Sequence record: DRR723986_22525
Length of the DNA: 64,000 bases
Reading direction: 5' to 3' (one strand)
Below the pieces are notes generated by a model. The model worked only from the letters and a program-made list of their open reading frames with translations. It did no database searches and was not told where the DNA came from. Both the position numbers and the translations under genes were made by a program. Positions 38,483-48,819 of the stretch are shown in pieces. Every line of letters begins with the position of its first letter. Position 1 is the stretch's first letter.

Positions 38483-38517
38483 AAGTATTTGGGTTTACAA
38501 TCTGAAAATTGTCTTCA

Positions 38518-38525
38518 CAAAATTA
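38518..38525 (-). promoter_or_regulatory. -7 promoter box (TAATTTTG) for pckA
   Basis: TAnnTTTG match 35 nt upstream of ATG. Confidence 0.5.
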
Positions 38526-38697
38526 CTCAAATACACACTAAATAAACCAATAAAAAGTGCTTTATTTTTAAATACAATCGGTTGCGTAGAAAAAACAGAT
38601 GTTTATTTTGTTTACTGGTTAGGGTAGTGGTCAAGTCGAGATAAGCCTTCATTCCAAAAGTGTAATTTTTAATCATGAGGCTATAATTCAGCATCTT

Positions 38698-38705
38698 TAA
38701 CTTTG
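38698..38705 (+). promoter_or_regulatory. -7 promoter box (TAACTTTG) for the POT transporter
   Basis: TAnnTTTG match; it overlaps the ORF track's TTG start, which argues for a downstream start. Confidence 0.5.
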
Positions 38706-38765
38706 GAAACAAGCGCTAAAAAGCTTTATCATTGTAAAATTGATTTCACCCAAATAAAACTCTCC

Positions 38766-40304
38766 TTGGAAAAAGACCTTAACACAGAATTGAAAGAGCC
38801 AACGATGTTTGGCCATCCTAAAGGCTTATTTTACTTATTCTTTGCAGAAATGTGGGAACGATTTAGTTTCTACGGTATGCGAGCTTTACTCACCTTGTAC
38901 ATGGTTGAGGTTATTTTTGAAGCTTTGAGTGATAGGGATTATGCAACGGCAGCTGTTTATGCTTCTTATGGATCATTAGTTTATGCCTCTACAGTCATTG
39001 GAGGTAGGATTTCCGATAAGATTCTTGGCATGCGGAATTCTATTTTTCTAGGTGGAATATTGATGTCACTTGGCCATTTTGTTTTGGCAATAGAACATAA
39101 CATTGCTTTTTTTCTTGCTCTATCTCTCATAATCGTAGGAAATGGTTTTTTCAAACCAAACATTTCAACTTTTGTCGGCACATTGTATCAAGATGGTGAT
39201 CCACGTAAGGATTCTGGATTTACTATTTTCTATATGGGTATAAATATCGGCGGATGGATTGCTCCCTTATTGTGTGGATGGCTTGCAGTGTCCTATGGCT
39301 GGCATTATGGATTTGCGTTAGCAGGTTTTGGCATGCTTTCAGGTCTTATTTTCTTCTGGACGGGGATTCGAAATGGTGTATTTGGCGATAGGGGAATGCC
39401 TCCAGTAAGCGGAGAGATTGATCAAAAAGTATTAGGTATTAAAAACAGGTATCTAATTCCGCTGCTATCTGTATTGACTGTGCCAGTTGTTGCGTACTTA
39501 TTGTCATCCTATAAGCCCTTTGGAAGCGAAGGGGGATTCTTTGGCGACCAGAATATCGTAAACATAATCTTTAAAATTATTGGAGTGAGTATTTTGGGAT
39601 ATCTGGCATATATCATTTTCCAATCCACTAAAGAGGAAAGAGGCAAGTTAATAGTGGCAGTTCTTATTACTGTTTTTATGACGATTTTCTGGGGCTTTCA
39701 TGAGCTTTCGGGCAGTGTGATTACACTTTTTGCAGCTAGAAATATTGATTTGGGAGGGATTATGACGGCTTCCCAGACTAATTCATTAAACTCAATGTGG
39801 ATTATAATTCTGGCAATTCCGATTTCACTACTTTGGACTTTTTTATCCAAAAAGAACCTGAATCCAAGAACTCCTTTCAAATTTGGAATGGGACTTTTAT
39901 TTGCTGGCCTCAGCTTCTATATTTTACATATTAGTAAGAATAGTGCAAATGAAGCTGGTTTGGTACCGTTTGCTTACTTACTCTTGATGTACTTTTTGAT
40001 CTCTATTGGAGAACTCTTTATGTCTCCTGTTGGTCTATCTAAAATAACCGATCTGTCTCCTAAGCGAATTGTAGCTTTTATGATGGGTGTCTGGTTTTTA
40101 TCCTCTGCCTTTGCTTTTCAAGTAGTAGGGTTTATTGGTAAACAACTAGCTATTGAAAGTACAGATAAAAACATCGGAGGTTTTGAAACTCTAGAAGTTT
40201 ATACTGATGGTTTTTTACTAATCGCAATGTATTCGGTAGGAGCAGGGCTTTTAATACTGATTGCTTCTCCCTTTATTAAAAAATTAATGGGGGACATACA
40301 CTAG
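38766..40304 (+). CDS. POT/PTR family proton-dependent oligopeptide transporter
   Basis: GHPKGL, EMWERFSFYG, FKPNIS, FYMGINIG, GEL..SP.GLS; start uncertain (TTG 38766 or ATG 38805). Confidence 0.9.
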   Translation: MEKDLNTELKEPTMFGHPKGLFYLFFAEMWERFSFYGMRALLTLYMVEVIFEALSDRDYATAAVYASYGSLVYASTVIGGRISDKILGMRNSIFLGGILMSLGHFVLAIEHNIAFFLALSLIIVGNGFFKPNISTFVGTLYQDGDPRKDSGFTIFYMGINIGGWIAPLLCGWLAVSYGWHYGFALAGFGMLSGLIFFWTGIRNGVFGDRGMPPVSGEIDQKVLGIKNRYLIPLLSVLTVPVVAYLLSSYKPFGSEGGFFGDQNIVNIIFKIIGVSILGYLAYIIFQSTKEERGKLIVAVLITVFMTIFWGFHELSGSVITLFAARNIDLGGIMTASQTNSLNSMWIIILAIPISLLWTFLSKKNLNPRTPFKFGMGLLFAGLSFYILHISKNSANEAGLVPFAYLLLMYFLISIGELFMSPVGLSKITDLSPKRIVAFMMGVWFLSSAFAFQVVGFIGKQLAIESTDKNIGGFETLEVYTDGFLLIAMYSVGAGLLILIASPFIKKLMGDIH

Positions 40305-40327
40305 ATATAAAAGGACTTACTTATATT

Positions 40328-40362
40328 AAAAAGAGGCAATTGATATTCAATTGCCTCTTTTT
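40328..40362. terminator. Bidirectional terminator
   Basis: aaaaagaggcaattga-tat-tcaattgcctcttttt between convergent genes. Confidence 0.8.
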
Positions 40363-40403
40363 ATTGTGATGGATTTTACTAAAAATCAGAACATCGACGT
40401 TTA

Positions 40404-41825
40404 TTACTTGCCCTCCTTTTTGGCTACCCATGCCTTGATCTCGGATAGCATTTTGTCCAAGTCAGATCTTGTAAAAAGTTTCCCGTCCTTAATCACATCC
40501 TCGATACTTAAGGTAGCAGAAATATCTTCCAGAGGGTTTTTATTCAATAAAATCAGGTTTGCCTTCTTTCCAGCTTCTACTGTTTCAAAGTCCGTTATTC
40601 CGAAGTAACCTGGACCATTGATAACTGAGGCGACTAATGCTTCCTGAGGAGTCAGTCCAAACTCCACGAACTTTTGTAATTCTAGATGAATGGCTAGCCC
40701 TGGAAAATCATAGGTATTCAAATATCCGGCGTCTGTTCCTGCGATGATTTTCATCCCTGATTTTTGGATCATAGGCAGGAGGGATGAGACTTTTTTGAAA
40801 TTCTCTTTTCTAGATTGGGTAACTTCAGGAGATTCACCGGCCATTCTTTCAATTCTCCACTGGTAACTTTCTTTCAGTTTTGGTCCTAAATAATTGAGAA
40901 TAGTATCACTGGCAAACTCATTTTCATCCAGGTAGGCGATATTATAACTGATCAAAATAGTAGGGACAACACCTGTACCTTGCTTTGCAAGTTGCTGGAA
41001 ATTGGCAAAGGCAACGGAATCGCTATATGTATCAGTCTGAAGTGCTGCTGCTTCCGATCCCGAGAGTTTTCCGCTTGCCCTTCCGTTGGATATTTCGGCT
41101 TCCAAAGGCGTAGTAGCTCTCATCATATAGGACAAATGCTCTACCGTTTTTTGTCCAGCCTTGGAGACCTGATCCAGTGTCAATGCTGCTGGAATATGCC
41201 CGGAAACGCTATATCCTCTAGCTGTAGCCTTTTCTACTGCTTTAAGGAAAAGTGCTGGTTTTAGCGTGTTGTCTGTGATTTTGACAAAGTCAATATTCAA
41301 TTTATCCAGAGAGTCAAGTGCGGCATCGAGTTCTTCTTCAGTCCCTACTTCCAGATCACCTGGCCAAATAGATTCTATCCCTTCCAGCTTAGGCCCCGAA
41401 GTCAGGATTTTAGGTCCAATTCGCTGACCATTATTTATCTCATCCCGCCATTTGAGCACTTCCATACTTATATCTCCTGCGGCATCTCGAACAGTGGTCA
41501 CCCCAAATGCTAGGTATAATGGCAAGAGCTGCTCATTTTCGTCAATATAGTCTTCCCCGCCAAAGTGTACATGGTTGTCCCATAATCCTGGCATTAGAAA
41601 TCTACCTGCTGCATCGACTTCTTTGATTGCCTTATATTTCTCCAGAAGGGACTCATCACCTACCTCAACAATGCTGTCGGAGCTTATAAAAACAAAGCGG
41701 TTCCCAACTTGAGAACCTGCTTCGATATTTAACACGGTTGCATTCTTGATAACAAGATCTACGTTCGTTTTTGAATGGCATCCTGAGACAATCAGTCCAG
41801 CCACTAGAATGTTTTTTATTTTCAT
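40404..41825 (-). CDS. Amidohydrolase family lipoprotein
   Basis: ATG 41825; lipobox VSGC; PGLWDNHVH, GVTTVRD, VEH, AGTDAG. Confidence 0.85.
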   Translation of the reverse strand: MKIKNILVAGLIVSGCHSKTNVDLVIKNATVLNIEAGSQVGNRFVFISSDSIVEVGDESLLEKYKAIKEVDAAGRFLMPGLWDNHVHFGGEDYIDENEQLLPLYLAFGVTTVRDAAGDISMEVLKWRDEINNGQRIGPKILTSGPKLEGIESIWPGDLEVGTEEELDAALDSLDKLNIDFVKITDNTLKPALFLKAVEKATARGYSVSGHIPAALTLDQVSKAGQKTVEHLSYMMRATTPLEAEISNGRASGKLSGSEAAALQTDTYSDSVAFANFQQLAKQGTGVVPTILISYNIAYLDENEFASDTILNYLGPKLKESYQWRIERMAGESPEVTQSRKENFKKVSSLLPMIQKSGMKIIAGTDAGYLNTYDFPGLAIHLELQKFVEFGLTPQEALVASVINGPGYFGITDFETVEAGKKANLILLNKNPLEDISATLSIEDVIKDGKLFTRSDLDKMLSEIKAWVAKKEGK

Positions 41826-41827
41826 GA

Positions 41828-42523
41828 TCAGAAAAGGCTTCCTTGGACAGTTGTCTTTTTCGTTGCTTGAATTGTTCCTTTGAGCATTTCCTGCATCAAT
41901 CGCAGAAATCCAGGCTCCCAATTCTCAGAATGAATTTTAAGATCTTTGCCTTCATACTCTATAGGTCCCAGCATTTTTTCATAGCCTATAATCATACTCC
42001 AAACAGTATAGAAGGTGATTTCAGGCTGCAATTCTGCACGAATACTACCGTCTTTGATACCTTGGCTGACCATCATGATTCCGATTTTGGCTGGCTCATG
42101 ATGAATTTCCAAAAGCTTTTGAAAGTGTGAAGATTCCAGTGTTTTGGGATCAATCAGCTTTCGGGTTTCTGGATTATTGTACTTCTTCAGAAGATCCAAG
42201 AAATTAAGAATGGCATCGTAATAGACCTGATTTGCTTTGGCAAAGACAACGATTTTCACCAAAAGATCACTTAGCATTTCCAAGCCCGACTTTCCTTTGG
42301 ATCTATACACATCGCGAAATTCATCCTTGAATTGGTCAAAGGCTTTTTTGGTCAGTGCCATAAAAAGATCCTCCTTGTTTTTGTAATAGAAGTAGGTAAG
42401 GCCTTTACTTATTCCAGCTGTTTTAGCTACATCTTCCATTCGAGTAGCCAAATAGCCTTTGGAAGTGAAAAGTGAAACTGCCGAATCTAAAATGAGTTTT
42501 TCTTTATTTTTATCTCCTGCCAT
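41828..42523 (-). CDS. TetR/AcrR family regulator
   Basis: N-terminal HTH GY.AT.MEDVA..AGISKG..Y.YY.NKEDL. Confidence 0.88.
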   Translation of the reverse strand: MAGDKNKEKLILDSAVSLFTSKGYLATRMEDVAKTAGISKGLTYFYYKNKEDLFMALTKKAFDQFKDEFRDVYRSKGKSGLEMLSDLLVKIVVFAKANQVYYDAILNFLDLLKKYNNPETRKLIDPKTLESSHFQKLLEIHHEPAKIGIMMVSQGIKDGSIRAELQPEITFYTVWSMIIGYEKMLGPIEYEGKDLKIHSENWEPGFLRLMQEMLKGTIQATKKTTVQGSLF

Positions 42524-42553
42524 GGGGTATATTCATTTTCTAAAAATCAAATT

Positions 42554-42561
42554 CAAAGATA
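42554..42561 (-). promoter_or_regulatory. -7 promoter box (TATCTTTG) for tetR-amidohydrolase
   Basis: TAnnTTTG match 30 nt upstream of ATG. Confidence 0.5.
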
Positions 42562-42616
42562 TTAAACTTGGGTCAAAAACCGGGTTTTAATGTTTTTTAA
42601 TTTGGAATAATTTCAC

Positions 42617-42651
42617 AAAAAAAAGGCTTTAGGATAATCCTAAGGCCTTTT
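42617..42651 (-). terminator. Intrinsic terminator of tyrS
   Basis: aaaaggctttagga-taa-tcctaaggcctttt with A8. Confidence 0.7.
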
Positions 42652-42671
42652 CTATAGTGATTATCATAGAC

Positions 42672-43964
42672 TTACTTCACTTCTACGATGTAATAATTTT
42701 TCTTACCTTTTTGTACCAAAAGGTATTTGTTTTGAAGAAGAGTCAAATTTATGGAGGCATTAGGATCCGACAGCTTTTCTTTGTTAATACTAACTCCTCC
42801 TCCCTGAATCATCTTTCTAGCTTCACCTTTGGACGAGAAAACAACACCTTGAGTAATTTCTCCGAAAAGATCTAAAATCGACGTTAATTCGGAATAGTCA
42901 GATTTGCTAACCTGAACTTGCGGCACTCCATCAAAAACTTGCAAGAAAGTACGTTCATTCAAAGCTGCTAGGTCTTCAGTAGATGATTTACCAAAGAGGA
43001 TATCAGAAGCTTTCACAGCCATTTCTAATTCAGATTCGCCGTGAACCATCGTTGTGATTTGCTTAGCGATCTCCTTTTGTAATATACGGAGGTGAGGAGC
43101 TTCTGCATGCTCAGCTTCAAGTTTAACAATGGTTTCCTGATCCAAAATGGTAAAAATCCTAATGTATTTGGAAGCGTCTGCATCAGATACATTTAGCCAA
43201 AACTGGTAGAATGCATATGGAGAAGTCTTTTCTGGATCCAGCCAAACAGAACCGCCCTCAGTTTTACCGAATTTCGTTCCGTCAGCTTTGGTGATCAAAG
43301 GAACAGTCAGTGCATAGGCAGATCCTCCGCCCATTCTTCTGATCAATTCCGTACCTGTTACGATATTTCCCCATTGGTCAGAACCACCCAGCTGAATAGA
43401 GCAATTTTCATTTTTCCACAAATGATAAAAATCGTATCCCTGAATCAGCTGATAGGTGAATTCGGTAAAAGAAAGTCCATTTCCATCTTCCAGACGTCTT
43501 TTAACAGAGTCTTTGGACATCATGTAGTTCACTGTGATGTGCTTGCCGATATCCCTGATAAAGTCCAAAAAGCTAAATTTGGACATCCAATCGTAGTTAT
43601 TGACCAGCTCGGCTTTATTTATAGTAGTACCAGCAAAATCAAGAAATTTGGCTAATTGATTCTGAATACAAGAGATATTGTGATCCAGAGTGGCTTTGTC
43701 TAAAAGATTACGTTCTGCCGACTTGAAAGAAGGATCACCAATCATCCCAGTTGCACCACCAACCAAAGCAAATGGCTTGTGACCAGCTCGCTGGAAGTGT
43801 AGTAGGGTCATCACTCCGACCAGGTGACCTATATGTAGAGAATCTGCGGTCGGATCAAATCCTAGATAGGCAGAAGTCATTCCTTTAGTAAGGTGTTCTT
43901 CAATATCGGGAGTCATGTCCTGAAGCATGCCTCTCCAGCGTAATTCTTCTATGAATGAATTCAT
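42672..43964 (-). CDS. tyrS: Tyrosine--tRNA ligase
   Basis: [30 protein letters not shown]-terminal S4 domain. Confidence 0.97.
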   Translation of the reverse strand: MNSFIEELRWRGMLQDMTPDIEEHLTKGMTSAYLGFDPTADSLHIGHLVGVMTLLHFQRAGHKPFALVGGATGMIGDPSFKSAERNLLDKATLDHNISCIQNQLAKFLDFAGTTINKAELVNNYDWMSKFSFLDFIRDIGKHITVNYMMSKDSVKRRLEDGNGLSFTEFTYQLIQGYDFYHLWKNENCSIQLGGSDQWGNIVTGTELIRRMGGGSAYALTVPLITKADGTKFGKTEGGSVWLDPEKTSPYAFYQFWLNVSDADASKYIRIFTILDQETIVKLEAEHAEAPHLRILQKEIAKQITTMVHGESELEMAVKASDILFGKSSTEDLAALNERTFLQVFDGVPQVQVSKSDYSELTSILDLFGEITQGVVFSSKGEARKMIQGGGVSINKEKLSDPNASINLTLLQNKYLLVQKGKKNYYIVEVK

Positions 43965-43988
43965 CTAATGAGTTGATTTTTCGAGGTG

Positions 43989-43996
43989 CAAATATA
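43989..43996 (-). promoter_or_regulatory. -7 promoter box (TATATTTG) for tyrS
   Basis: TAnnTTTG match 24 nt upstream of ATG. Confidence 0.6.
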
Positions 43997-44137
43997 GTCT
44001 TGTCAGCCTAAGGAATGAAGCAAACCTGTAATCCTTTGAAGTATTTTAATGGCTAGGGCCGTGAAAAGTACCGATCAAAAAATGTCCTCTAATAAAATTT
44101 GCGATTTTGATTACTTTAATAGCCAAATCCCAACCGT

Positions 44138-47100
44138 ATGACTACTAGATTTAAGATTTTTGCAATTCTTTTGAGTTGCTTATTTGGCCACTGCACTTTG
44201 GCTCAGAATTCACCCCAATGGATGAGATATCCGGCTATTTCTCCTGATGGTAGCCAGATTGTGTTTACGTTCAAAGGTGACTTGTACATAGTTCCTAGCG
44301 CTGGCGGGGCAGCTCGACAGATTACTTTTCATGAGGCCCATGATTACCAAGCTGTATGGAGTAGAGATGGGAAAACCTTGGCTTTCGCTTCGGATCGCTA
44401 TGGTAACTTTGACATATTTGCGATGAGCCCCGAAGGTGGTCCAGCCACCAGACTTACTTTTCACTCCAATGATGAACAACCTTTTGAATTCTCAGCGGAT
44501 GATCAATCGGTTATTTTTGGAAGTCAACGAATGGATATCGCAGAACACAGGCAATATCCCACTGGATCCCAGCCTGAGTTATATTCTGTCCCCAAAAAGG
44601 GTGGTAGAGTGGATCAGGTTTTTACTATTCCTGCCGAATATGTAACTGTAAGTAAGGATGGGAGCAAAATGCTTTATCACGATAAAAAAGGAGGCGAAAA
44701 TGAATGGAGAAAGCATCATCAATCGGGGATTGCACGGGATATATGGTTGTATGATGCCAAAAACAATACGCATGAGATGCTTACCACTTTCTATGGAGAA
44801 GACAGAAATCCAGTTTTCTCTCCTGACGAATCAGAGATTTATTACTTGAGTGAAACAAATGGGAGCTTCAATGTTTTTTCCATGAATGCTTCCAATCCAA
44901 CTCAAACTGAAGCCTTAACTTCTCTTGCGGATTTTCCTGTTCGCTTTCTAAGTATTTCAGATGATGGATTGATGAGTTTTGGATACGATGGCGAACTTTA
45001 TACGCTGCGCAAAGGTGAATCTCCAAAGAAAGTCGCAGTATCTATCCAGACTCAGGCGATTTCTAATTCTGATAATTATATCTCAATTAATGGTGGAGTC
45101 CGCGAAATGTCTATTTCGCCTGATGGGAAAGAAATAGCTTTTGTAGCCAGAGGAGAGGTTTTTGTGACTTCTGTAGATGGTTCTTTGACGAAGAGAATCA
45201 CTAATACCCCTGAGCAAGAGAGATTCGTGGAATTTGCTCCTGATGGTAAATCCCTGGTTTATGCCAGTGAAAGAAATGGGAAATGGCAAATTTACCAATC
45301 TTCAAAAGTAAGAGCAGAGGAGCCATTCTTTTTTGCCTCTACTTTGCTTGAGGAGAAGCCTCTGGTGAGTGTGGAGTCTGATGCATATCTACCTAAGTAT
45401 TCGCCTGATGGTAAAAAATTGGCTTATGTGGAAGGAAGAAGGACTTTGAAAGTTCTTGATTTGGCTACGAATACTAGTGTGACATTGATGACTCCTGATG
45501 AACTATTTCATATGCGGGATGGTGATCAATACTTTACTTGGGCGCCTGATAGTAAATGGCTTTTGGCTACGTATAGACCTACGATGGCAAACTCCGAAGT
45601 TGTATTACTGGATGCAACTGGAAAGCAAAAAAAGAGAAATCTAACGAATAGCGGTTACGGTGATGACAATGCAATGTGGGTGAACGAGGGCAAGCAAATG
45701 CTTTGGTTATCCAACAGAGACGGATTGAAAAGCTATGCTACAAGTGGGCAAAGCCAAAATGATGTTTACACATTATTTTTCGATGAGGCTGCCTGGGATA
45801 AATTCAGCATGTCCAAAGAGGATTTTGACTTGATGAAGGAAATCGAAAAAGTGAATAAGAAAGAGGAAAAGGACGATAAAGCTAAGGACGAGAAGGAAAA
45901 AGGAAAGAAGGTTGAGGACCTGAAGTTTGATTGGGATGGGATCGAGGAACGCAAAGCTAAATTAACCATACATTCTTCTTCTTTGGGAGACGCTGTCTTG
46001 TCAAAGGATGGAGAAAAACTGTATTACTTGGCAGCATTCGAGAAAGGAATGAACCTATGGAGTACCAATCTCAGGACAAAAGAAACAAAGCAGGAGATTA
46101 GTCTTGATGCCAATTCTGCTAGCTTAATTTGGGATAAGGAGCAGAAAAACTTATACCTACTTAGTAATGGAACGATTTCCAAGATCAATCCAGAGGGAAT
46201 GAAGAAAGAGGCTATTAAGATATCTGGGGAGATGACCTATGACAAGGAAGCAGAAATGGCCTATATGTTTGAGCACGTGTGGTTGCGTACCAAAGGGATA
46301 TTCTATACGCCAGACATGCATGGAGTAGATTGGGACGCAGCAAAAGTTAATTATAAAAAATATCTTCCTTCGATTGGTAACAGCTACGAATTTTCCGAAA
46401 TGATTTCCGAGATGATTGGTGAGTTAAATGTATCACATGCCGGCTCTAGATATTCTCGCTCCATAGATATGGCTGATGCCACAGCATCTTTAGGTGTCTT
46501 TTGGGACTATGGTTTCGATGGAAATGGCATCAAAATCACAGAGGTAATTGCTGGAGGACCTTTGGATAAAGCCGATTTGGATATCAAAAAAGGGATGATC
46601 ATCGAGAAAATCGATGGGATTGCTTTAACTGCGGAAACTGACCTTGCTAAGCATTTAAATCGAAAAGCTGACACTTTTACATTGATTGAACTTCTCAATC
46701 CTACCACTAATGCAAGAACACAATTCACGATCAAACCAATCTCTCTTAGAGCAGAGAATCAGTTGCTGTATAAGCGTTGGGTCAAAATGAATCAAGCAGA
46801 TGTGGATAGCTTATCTGGAGGCAAGCTTGGGTATGTACATATTCCAGGGATGAGTGATGGCCCGTATAGAAATGTGTATGAAGAAATGATGGGAAAGTAT
46901 CACGATAGAGAAGCAGTAGTAGTAGATACCAGATTTAACGGTGGCGGAGATTTGGTAGCAGATTTGGCTATGTTCTTTACTGGTGAAAAGTTTTTAACCT
47001 ATGCTACCGAAGCTAGGGCGGTAGGGTATGAGCCGACTGCTCGTTGGACTAAGCCAACACTTGCTATGTTCAATGAAGCCAATTATTCGGACGGTCATTG

Positions 47101-47371
47101 TTTTGCTTGTGGATATACTGATTTGAATATTGGTAAAACGGTCGGAATGCCTACACCGGGTACTTGTTCATTTGCCGGATGGGAAGGATTACCGGATGGA
47201 TCCCGGTGGGGAACAGTACCTATTTCTGCCAAAAACAAAGCAGGAGAGTGGTTGGAAAACAACGAAACTAGGCCGCAGTTTATAGTGAAAAATATGCCTG
47301 GAAAAATTGATCAAGGAGTGGATCAACAATTGGAAAAGGCAATTGAAGAATTGCTTAAAGTGATAAACTGA
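44138..47371 (+). CDS. Tricorn-like S41 family peptidase
   Basis: Signal peptide, PD40 repeats (SPDG), ELNVSH, PDZ, DTRFNGGG, YSDG. Confidence 0.9.
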   Translation: MTTRFKIFAILLSCLFGHCTLAQNSPQWMRYPAISPDGSQIVFTFKGDLYIVPSAGGAARQITFHEAHDYQAVWSRDGKTLAFASDRYGNFDIFAMSPEGGPATRLTFHSNDEQPFEFSADDQSVIFGSQRMDIAEHRQYPTGSQPELYSVPKKGGRVDQVFTIPAEYVTVSKDGSKMLYHDKKGGENEWRKHHQSGIARDIWLYDAKNNTHEMLTTFYGEDRNPVFSPDESEIYYLSETNGSFNVFSMNASNPTQTEALTSLADFPVRFLSISDDGLMSFGYDGELYTLRKGESPKKVAVSIQTQAISNSDNYISINGGVREMSISPDGKEIAFVARGEVFVTSVDGSLTKRITNTPEQERFVEFAPDGKSLVYASERNGKWQIYQSSKVRAEEPFFFASTLLEEKPLVSVESDAYLPKYSPDGKKLAYVEGRRTLKVLDLATNTSVTLMTPDELFHMRDGDQYFTWAPDSKWLLATYRPTMANSEVVLLDATGKQKKRNLTNSGYGDDNAMWVNEGKQMLWLSNRDGLKSYATSGQSQNDVYTLFFDEAAWDKFSMSKEDFDLMKEIEKVNKKEEKDDKAKDEKEKGKKVEDLKFDWDGIEERKAKLTIHSSSLGDAVLSKDGEKLYYLAAFEKGMNLWSTNLRTKETKQEISLDANSASLIWDKEQKNLYLLSNGTISKINPEGMKKEAIKISGEMTYDKEAEMAYMFEHVWLRTKGIFYTPDMHGVDWDAAKVNYKKYLPSIGNSYEFSEMISEMIGELNVSHAGSRYSRSIDMADATASLGVFWDYGFDGNGIKITEVIAGGPLDKADLDIKKGMIIEKIDGIALTAETDLAKHLNRKADTFTLIELLNPTTNARTQFTIKPISLRAENQLLYKRWVKMNQADVDSLSGGKLGYVHIPGMSDGPYRNVYEEMMGKYHDREAVVVDTRFNGGGDLVADLAMFFTGEKFLTYATEARAVGYEPTARWTKPTLAMFNEANYSDGHCFACGYTDLNIGKTVGMPTPGTCSFAGWEGLPDGSRWGTVPISAKNKAGEWLENNETRPQFIVKNMPGKIDQGVDQQLEKAIEELLKVIN

Positions 47372-47384
47372 AAATTTTAAGCAC

Positions 47385-47417
47385 AAAAAAAACCTGGTAG
47401 CGATACCAGGTTTTTTT
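47385..47417. terminator. Bidirectional terminator
   Basis: aaaaaaaacctggta-gcga-taccaggttttttt. Confidence 0.85.
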
Positions 47418-47435
47418 CATTGCTATCAATAAAAT

Positions 47436-47765
47436 TTATTGATAAGACTTAGTGTTCAACGTTTCGTCATTTTTGAAGAAATCAGTAAGCTTTCCAAAAG
47501 AATTTTCGAAGTAGCCATCCAACATCTTTTTAATAATGAAAGAACGATACTCATCTTTTGATACTATAGGAAAGTATTCGTGACTTTTACCGTAAGACTT
47601 GTGACTAACAAAACCTTTGCGTTCTAATATCCTCACAATGGTTGAAACAGTGTTATATGCAGGCTTAGGTTCAGTCATTGGAGCGAGGATGTCTTTGACG
47701 AATCCTCTTTCGATTTGCCAGAGGATCTGCATGATCTCCTCTTCGGCTCTTGTTAATGGTTTCAT
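47436..47765 (-). CDS. BlaI/MecI/CopY family repressor
   Basis: ATG 47765; LTRAEEEIM..LW, YNTVSTIVRILE.KG, YF.NS. Confidence 0.85.
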   Translation of the reverse strand: MKPLTRAEEEIMQILWQIERGFVKDILAPMTEPKPAYNTVSTIVRILERKGFVSHKSYGKSHEYFPIVSKDEYRSFIIKKMLDGYFENSFGKLTDFFKNDETLNTKSYQ

Positions 47766-47927
47766 AAATAAGGCGTTAAGTTTTAATTGAAAGAAAATTA
47801 TTCGTTTAGTTTCACAATTGCAAAAAAAACCACCTTTACTTTTAATTTTTTTTATGCAACTAGATTTGGAGTTTGCATATTGATCTAAACATTTCACATA
47901 AAAATGGCCTCATTTGTGGACATCAAT

Positions 47928-48677
47928 TTATGCAGATCTTAATTTTATTATTCGTGTTAGGTGGAGTAGTTTGACAATAGGGTAAGTAGGATCGAACTCG
48001 TACCATTTCACGGCAAAATTTGGACGGTTAGGAAGCTTATGGTGATTGTTTTGGAATAATTCACCAAGCATCAGCACGTCTAGTAATAGACTGTTTTTTG
48101 AATGGTCATTATTATCAAAATTTGAATACCCATACTTATGCCCACTCCAATTGACAATGGCTCCATGCACTGGGCCCATTAAAAAATGTATTGGTAACAG
48201 AAAATACATCCACCAGTGCGTTCCCGGCAAATCGAAAACTGAGATACAAAGAACGTAGATGGAGACATATAATAAGCCCCAGCCAACTCTTACCAGCATC
48301 GTATCTGCAAATTTATCAAACCTATTCCAATCAGGAATATCCTTTGAAAATCGCTCTTCTGGCTTCAGGCGGAATGAAAAATATTCGTTATAAATATTTT
48401 TAGTCTTCCACATCATAGTGAATAAATTTTCGGTGTGATGTGGGCTATGCGGATCCTTAGGTGTATCGCTATAGGCATGATGCATTCTGTGAAGGATAGC
48501 ATAAGCTCTTGGTGATAGGTAAGAACTGCCTTGCCACATCCAAGTAAAGAAGTAGAAGAATTTCTCCCAATACTTGTTCATATAGAACATCTGATGGGCA
48601 GCGTATCTGTGTAGAAAGAAGCTTTGGCAAAACAAAGAGAAATACCAATGCAGAAGGAAGAAAATGATGATTATCAC
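47928..48677 (-). CDS. Acyl-CoA/fatty acid desaturase (delta-9-like)
   Basis: HRYAAH, HRMHH, DPHSP, QNNHH boxes; GTG start. Confidence 0.88.
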   Translation of the reverse strand: MIIIIFFLLHWYFSLFCQSFFLHRYAAHQMFYMNKYWEKFFYFFTWMWQGSSYLSPRAYAILHRMHHAYSDTPKDPHSPHHTENLFTMMWKTKNIYNEYFSFRLKPEERFSKDIPDWNRFDKFADTMLVRVGWGLLYVSIYVLCISVFDLPGTHWWMYFLLPIHFLMGPVHGAIVNWSGHKYGYSNFDNNDHSKNSLLLDVLMLGELFQNNHHKLPNRPNFAVKWYEFDPTYPIVKLLHLTRIIKLRSA

Positions 48678-48703
48678 TCAGTCTAGGTTTTATGTTAAAG
48701 CTA

Positions 48704-48711
48704 CAAATATA
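48704..48711 (-). promoter_or_regulatory. -7 promoter box (TATATTTG) for the desaturase
   Basis: TAnnTTTG match 26 nt upstream of start. Confidence 0.55.
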
Positions 48712-48819
48712 GTGTATCGTATTCCAATGAACGAATTATGATCAGGTTCCATTCCATTTTGGCAGATGATATTTGTCAGGTTTTACCAATTATTCATGTA
48801 AATCAGTATTTTTAGTCTT

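Noticed and set aside
43965..44137. T-box or attenuator upstream of tyrS
   Set aside because: The promoter box sits 24 nt from the start codon, leaving no room for a leader, and there is no T-box sequence.
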